This document shows, piece by piece, positions 60,244 through 64,000 of a stretch of DNA of 64,000 bases (position 1 is its first letter; each line of letters opens with the position of its first letter). This DNA comes from Basidiobolus meristosporus CBS 931.73 (lineage: Eukaryota; Fungi; Basidiobolomycota). Made by a program: the position numbers and the translations under genes. The notes below the pieces were generated by a model that made no database searches, was not told the origin of the DNA, and was given only the letters and a program-made list of their open reading frames with translations. The stretch is taken from positions 1 through 64,000 of the forward strand of contig MCFE01000036.1 in assembly GCA_002104905.1 (NCBI GenBank), given 5' to 3'.

Positions 60244-61385
60244 CTACATATTTGTGAGCTCGTAGGAGATCGCAGGGCTCGCCAATCGAGCCTTTGCTGG
60301 GACAAAAGGAAGTTTGGCTTTGTTGGCCGGCCCTTCCATTCTTCCGTTGGTACTCTGAAGTGATGTCACCGGTGGTGCAGGAGAGGAGGTGTGGAGGGTG
60401 AAGCCTGGTAAGGCTGAAAGTGAGCGAGTTCTAAGATACCTTGAGGAAGCACGCGGCGAGGATGGTGCGCTAATGCTACTCTGCAATGGGGTAGGCCGAT
60501 GGCTCAAGGACTCTTCAAGTTCTAGGTTCACGGAGCAAGAGCTCCGGCTAAGTTCAACTTTGGGAAACTCCTCTCCCTCTTCGAGTCGAGGCAAATTTTC
60601 CTTTTGATCAACGACTGGTTCAAGCTGATCGGGGATATCTATCAAGACGGGAGAAAGGCCCGCCTCATAGTCTGAGCCCAACTCGGTCAATATGGAGGAA
60701 GAGGTGTCGGACATTGGAATCTGGACTTGGGGCTTTACATGGGTAGAGCATTCACCTATAACCTCTAGCTCTTGTGATGAGCTAGATATACCTCGCAAAT
60801 ACTGCAACGCATAAAAGGCCTCTGGGTCGTAAGCTAATGGGGGTATAGGTGGCAGCATAGGTGGTGTATCCATGGAATCGTACATTGAGCTACTGAACTC
60901 AGTGCGTGGATACTTTCCTTTCTCTCGGTGGCGTATGTTTCTTCGCATGGCACCTACCATAGCTTGGAGACCAATATCGTCAGAAAACTTGGGATCGCAA
61001 AGGATCCAGCCATGCTCATACTCATACCTTGTCCCTTTTGGTGGTAATGCCAGTATAACAGACCTACAGTGACGGCCGCGAAGACCATACATCCAGTCAC
61101 CATTCCACTGATGGCTAGGGCACTAAACCGTGGCCCCATGGGTGGGGGGTTTGTGGAATCCTCGGGGGTCACCGACCTTGCCAGATCGAATTCCACGAAA
61201 GATGCTATATGGTTCATGGGAGGAGAACTGATAAACATTTATTTCCGCGCTTATCCGCATCGATGAGTGGGAGCCCACCTACCATCGAAGTCACAGCTCG
61301 GGTCTGAACACTCCCACCCCTCCAGTTGGCCCTGTACCAGAATCGCAAGGCTCAAGGCAAGGAATCCATTTACACTGTTCAACAT
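60244..61385 (-). CDS. Orphan type-I membrane protein (signal peptide, short ectodomain, TM helix, Ser/Pro-rich tail), probably 3 exons
   Basis: ATG 61385 gives MLNSVNGFLALSLAILVQG. TM 'ALAISGMVTGCMVFAAVTVGLLYW'. Intron 61027-60963 joins the 94-aa and 282-aa ORFs in frame. Confidence 0.6.
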
Positions 61386-61752
61386 AACCGTGAAGATGAG
61401 GGAAGCAAAAAATCTCTGCTTCGAAAGCGGTTGCTCTGGAACTATATTTTAGTCGCCAACGAGTTTCCAAGTATTCGAATCCTGCAGGGGGCTTGAATTC
61501 GACATCATGTCCAGAGTGATTCTGGTGGCTGGTAGGTAATTGGGCTAACCGGGGCGGATCGTGCAAGGTGCTTTGTATGTTCTTTTCCACTGGGTCCTCA
61601 CATTCACTTGTGGCCCAGATGGGGAACCCCGCGTTGTTCAAAGGGAGATTTGCTGGGAATAGGTGTTTATTCGATGCTAATGTCCGCATTTGATTATGTT
61701 ACATTCTGGGTGGGTGAAGGGCTAGGATATCTAACATTCAATCATGGTGTCT

Positions 61753-63650
61753 TTAATGTATGTGGAAGCAATTGTTGCAACTACTCTGTTTGAATACATT
61801 AGCCTTGTAATCGGTGCACCCACATTCATGGCATGCCGTGGCCCCCCCTGCTTCGAATGGGTTGCCGCCTGCATTGCCACGATCCGAATACGGAACAGGG
61901 GGGCGATGCGCTAGAGTTTGGTTACGTGGAAATGGTGAGTGTTCTGGTGGAAGTGGCGCTAGTCTTCGCCGAGGGTCTCCTTGTATGGAGGGGTCTTCGT
62001 ATTGGTTTGGTAGAGGGTCGGAAAGAGTGGTGGTGTAATGGCCAACTGCTCTCTTGGATGCACCATAGGCGGATGGGGCACCCATCGAGACCTCCTCCAC
62101 ATAGTTGGAAGGGAACATTCCAGCCCGTCTGCCGTACTCGTCCACTATTTCTCCGATCCACCAACCCTCATCAATCTCATCCAATACGGTAATCGTGTCG
62201 CCTTTTCGGATCGGAAGCTCGTCTTTGGAGCCACCATCAAAGTCATATAGCACACGGACTAGCTTCTTCATGCCCCTATCAACACTGGGCTTTTTGGCAG
62301 GAGCAGAGTTGGCATATGTGTAGGGTATCATATCCTCTGAAGTTTCACTATTGGATCTAGGTAAATGCGCGAACGTTGGGTTACGGACAGGCTGTGGAAA
62401 CGATGTGGCTTGGTCTTCGAAATTAGTCGGTAGTGGGGTGCGGTGTGATTTGGAACGAGAGACTGCGTTATCGCCCCGTGCAGATAAGGTGGGGCTTTTG
62501 CGGGTAGATTTGTAGTAATTGGAGTATTCGCTGATAGCAAGACAGGTCAGTGTCCGCTCATGTAGCTTGTTGAATACTATGTACCTTTGATCGAATATGT
62601 CGCGGATCTCAGTCAGGAGCTGGACGTTCTTCTGGAAATACTCCAACTCCAAATCATAGAACCTGGCGAGCTGATCCATGTACATCTCCTACGAGCTGCT
62701 CTTAGCCTGGATGCCTGCTTTTTCTGATACGTGACAACCAACCTCAGCATTACTGATGGCCACCATTTTGCTGTATGTGTCGTCCGCAGATTCGTTGAAC
62801 TTCAGTTCCGCCGCACGCATCTGCTCCTCCAGCTCCGGTTTTTCTTTCTTCGCCTTTTGCACTGCGTTCATCTTGGCGTTGTAATCCAACCGGCGGGATT
62901 CCATCTTCTTTCGCAGTTGCTTCAAAGTTCGTTTCCGTGGTCAGTGAGGTTTTCAGGGCATTTCGAATCGCTGGCGCTCTTTACCTGCAGCTCTTTCAAC
63001 TCATTCAGGGCGTTTCCAAGGCCATTCACATAAGCCTCTCGTAGGTTGTTGGCCTAGAACAATTCGTCAATGAGGGGAATACAACCCACGAAACGGGCTT
63101 CTGTACGAACGTAATCCAGCTGGTTGTTGGCAATCTGCTCCTGTGCTTGACCAAACCTAATCATAGCCTGACCTAGCATTCAACCCCACGAACACTTGGA
63201 TAAATAAGTGGAGACGTGTAGTCAGGAACACGCGAAGAAAAATACCGTATGGGGATTCGTTAGGTAGCAGCTGCCCCTGGGCGACCAAGGAATTAGCTAG
63301 GCTCAGGATGGGGGAGATCTTGTTCTTATCCTCCGGGCCCTTCTTCTTTTTCTCTGGACAAAGTTAGCACTCTTGCCCGCGATAGCCTGCTCAAAGAACC
63401 ACACTACCCAAAGTTCGTAGATACGCTTCCGAAGCGTCATATAGCCGCTCGAAGGTATCCTTACGCTGGTCCGCCTCCTGCTCTAGCCGGAGAAACTCAT
63501 CACTGCACTCGGTCTTGTTCGCTTTACCAAGTTTCTCCCCGGTCCACTATAGCAACCACCAGGTTAGCCAGGAGGACGGCGGGAACTGTTCCGTGACAAC
63601 TGACCCAATACCTGTTTAAACTTCCCCAAATTTTTCCCGATAGCGGTCAT
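61753..63650 (-). CDS. N-BAR plus SH3 domain protein (endophilin-like) with C-terminal Cys/His motif, multi-exon
   Basis: N-terminal 'GKFKQWTGEKLG', BAR 'RKKMESRRLDYNAK', SH3 'VRVLYDF...ELPIRKGD.I.V....EGWW.G...GMFPSNYV'. Confidence 0.88.
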
Positions 63651-64000
63651 ACAATCAAGACGGAGGTTCTCTCAAGGTGTGTTGTAGGTTTTGAAGGGAA
63701 ACCTAAGGCGTATGGAGGTCGCCCTTCCTTAGCCATCCTTGAAATCCGGTGATGTCACTTCACCACCAAATCGGTCCTTCTCATTGAGACTTTGGGCCAA
63801 TCAGGACTGGCTATGGATATCGGTACTGGTAGTGCTTATTACAAATAATGCCAATGCCTTAAATGGAAGATGCACCTAACTATTTCCTCCTGCATATACG
63901 GTGTAGTAGGGTGTAATAGGCTGTAATAGGGTGTAGTAAGGGTGATCACCAAAATCAAGTCATGCATCAACAGGTGGATGTTCATGATGTATGTTATATA

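Noticed and set aside
61291-61689. 132-aa ORF as a separate gene
   Set aside because: It overlaps the probable first exon (another frame) and promoter of the 60244-61385 membrane-protein gene.
63900-63945. Four 10-bp repeats (gtgtartagg) and other microsatellites (GATT at ~19830, GT at ~38350)
   Set aside because: Ordinary simple repeats with no further structure.

Overview
Eukaryotic, fungal-type DNA: short 50-75 nt GT-AG introns, fused TRP5, fused MET1, GET4. An early-diverging fungus such as Basidiobolus is my guess only. From left to right: (i) a CpG-depleted block of non-LTR retrotransposon relics (1-4.4 kb); (ii) an MFS transporter with a 3-nt micro-exon, an ABC-F pseudogene, and two intronless EcKL/APH-type phosphotransferases flanking tryptophan synthase (4.7-18 kb); (iii) orphan small genes (18-24 kb); (iv) the most striking feature, a ~21.5 kb array (25.0-46.4 kb) of 11 related intronless genes (9 intact, 1 with a nonsense codon, 1 decayed) for secreted proteins built from a repeated ~20-aa C-x18-C 'LG-turn' module. 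Paired modules cap interchangeable Gly/Ser/Tyr-, Pro/Tyr- or Gly/His/Asn-rich repetitive cores, a spidroin-like layout that I cannot assign to a known family. One member is a chimera whose flanks look like a circular permutation of its neighbours' intergenic region; (v) housekeeping genes (NRAMP, UDP-glucose epimerase, MET1, GET4, RING E3, BAR-SH3) plus a secreted tyrosinase-like protein lacking four of six copper-ligand histidines. No rRNA, tRNA or CRISPR features were seen. All exon boundaries, alignments and counts were done by eye.
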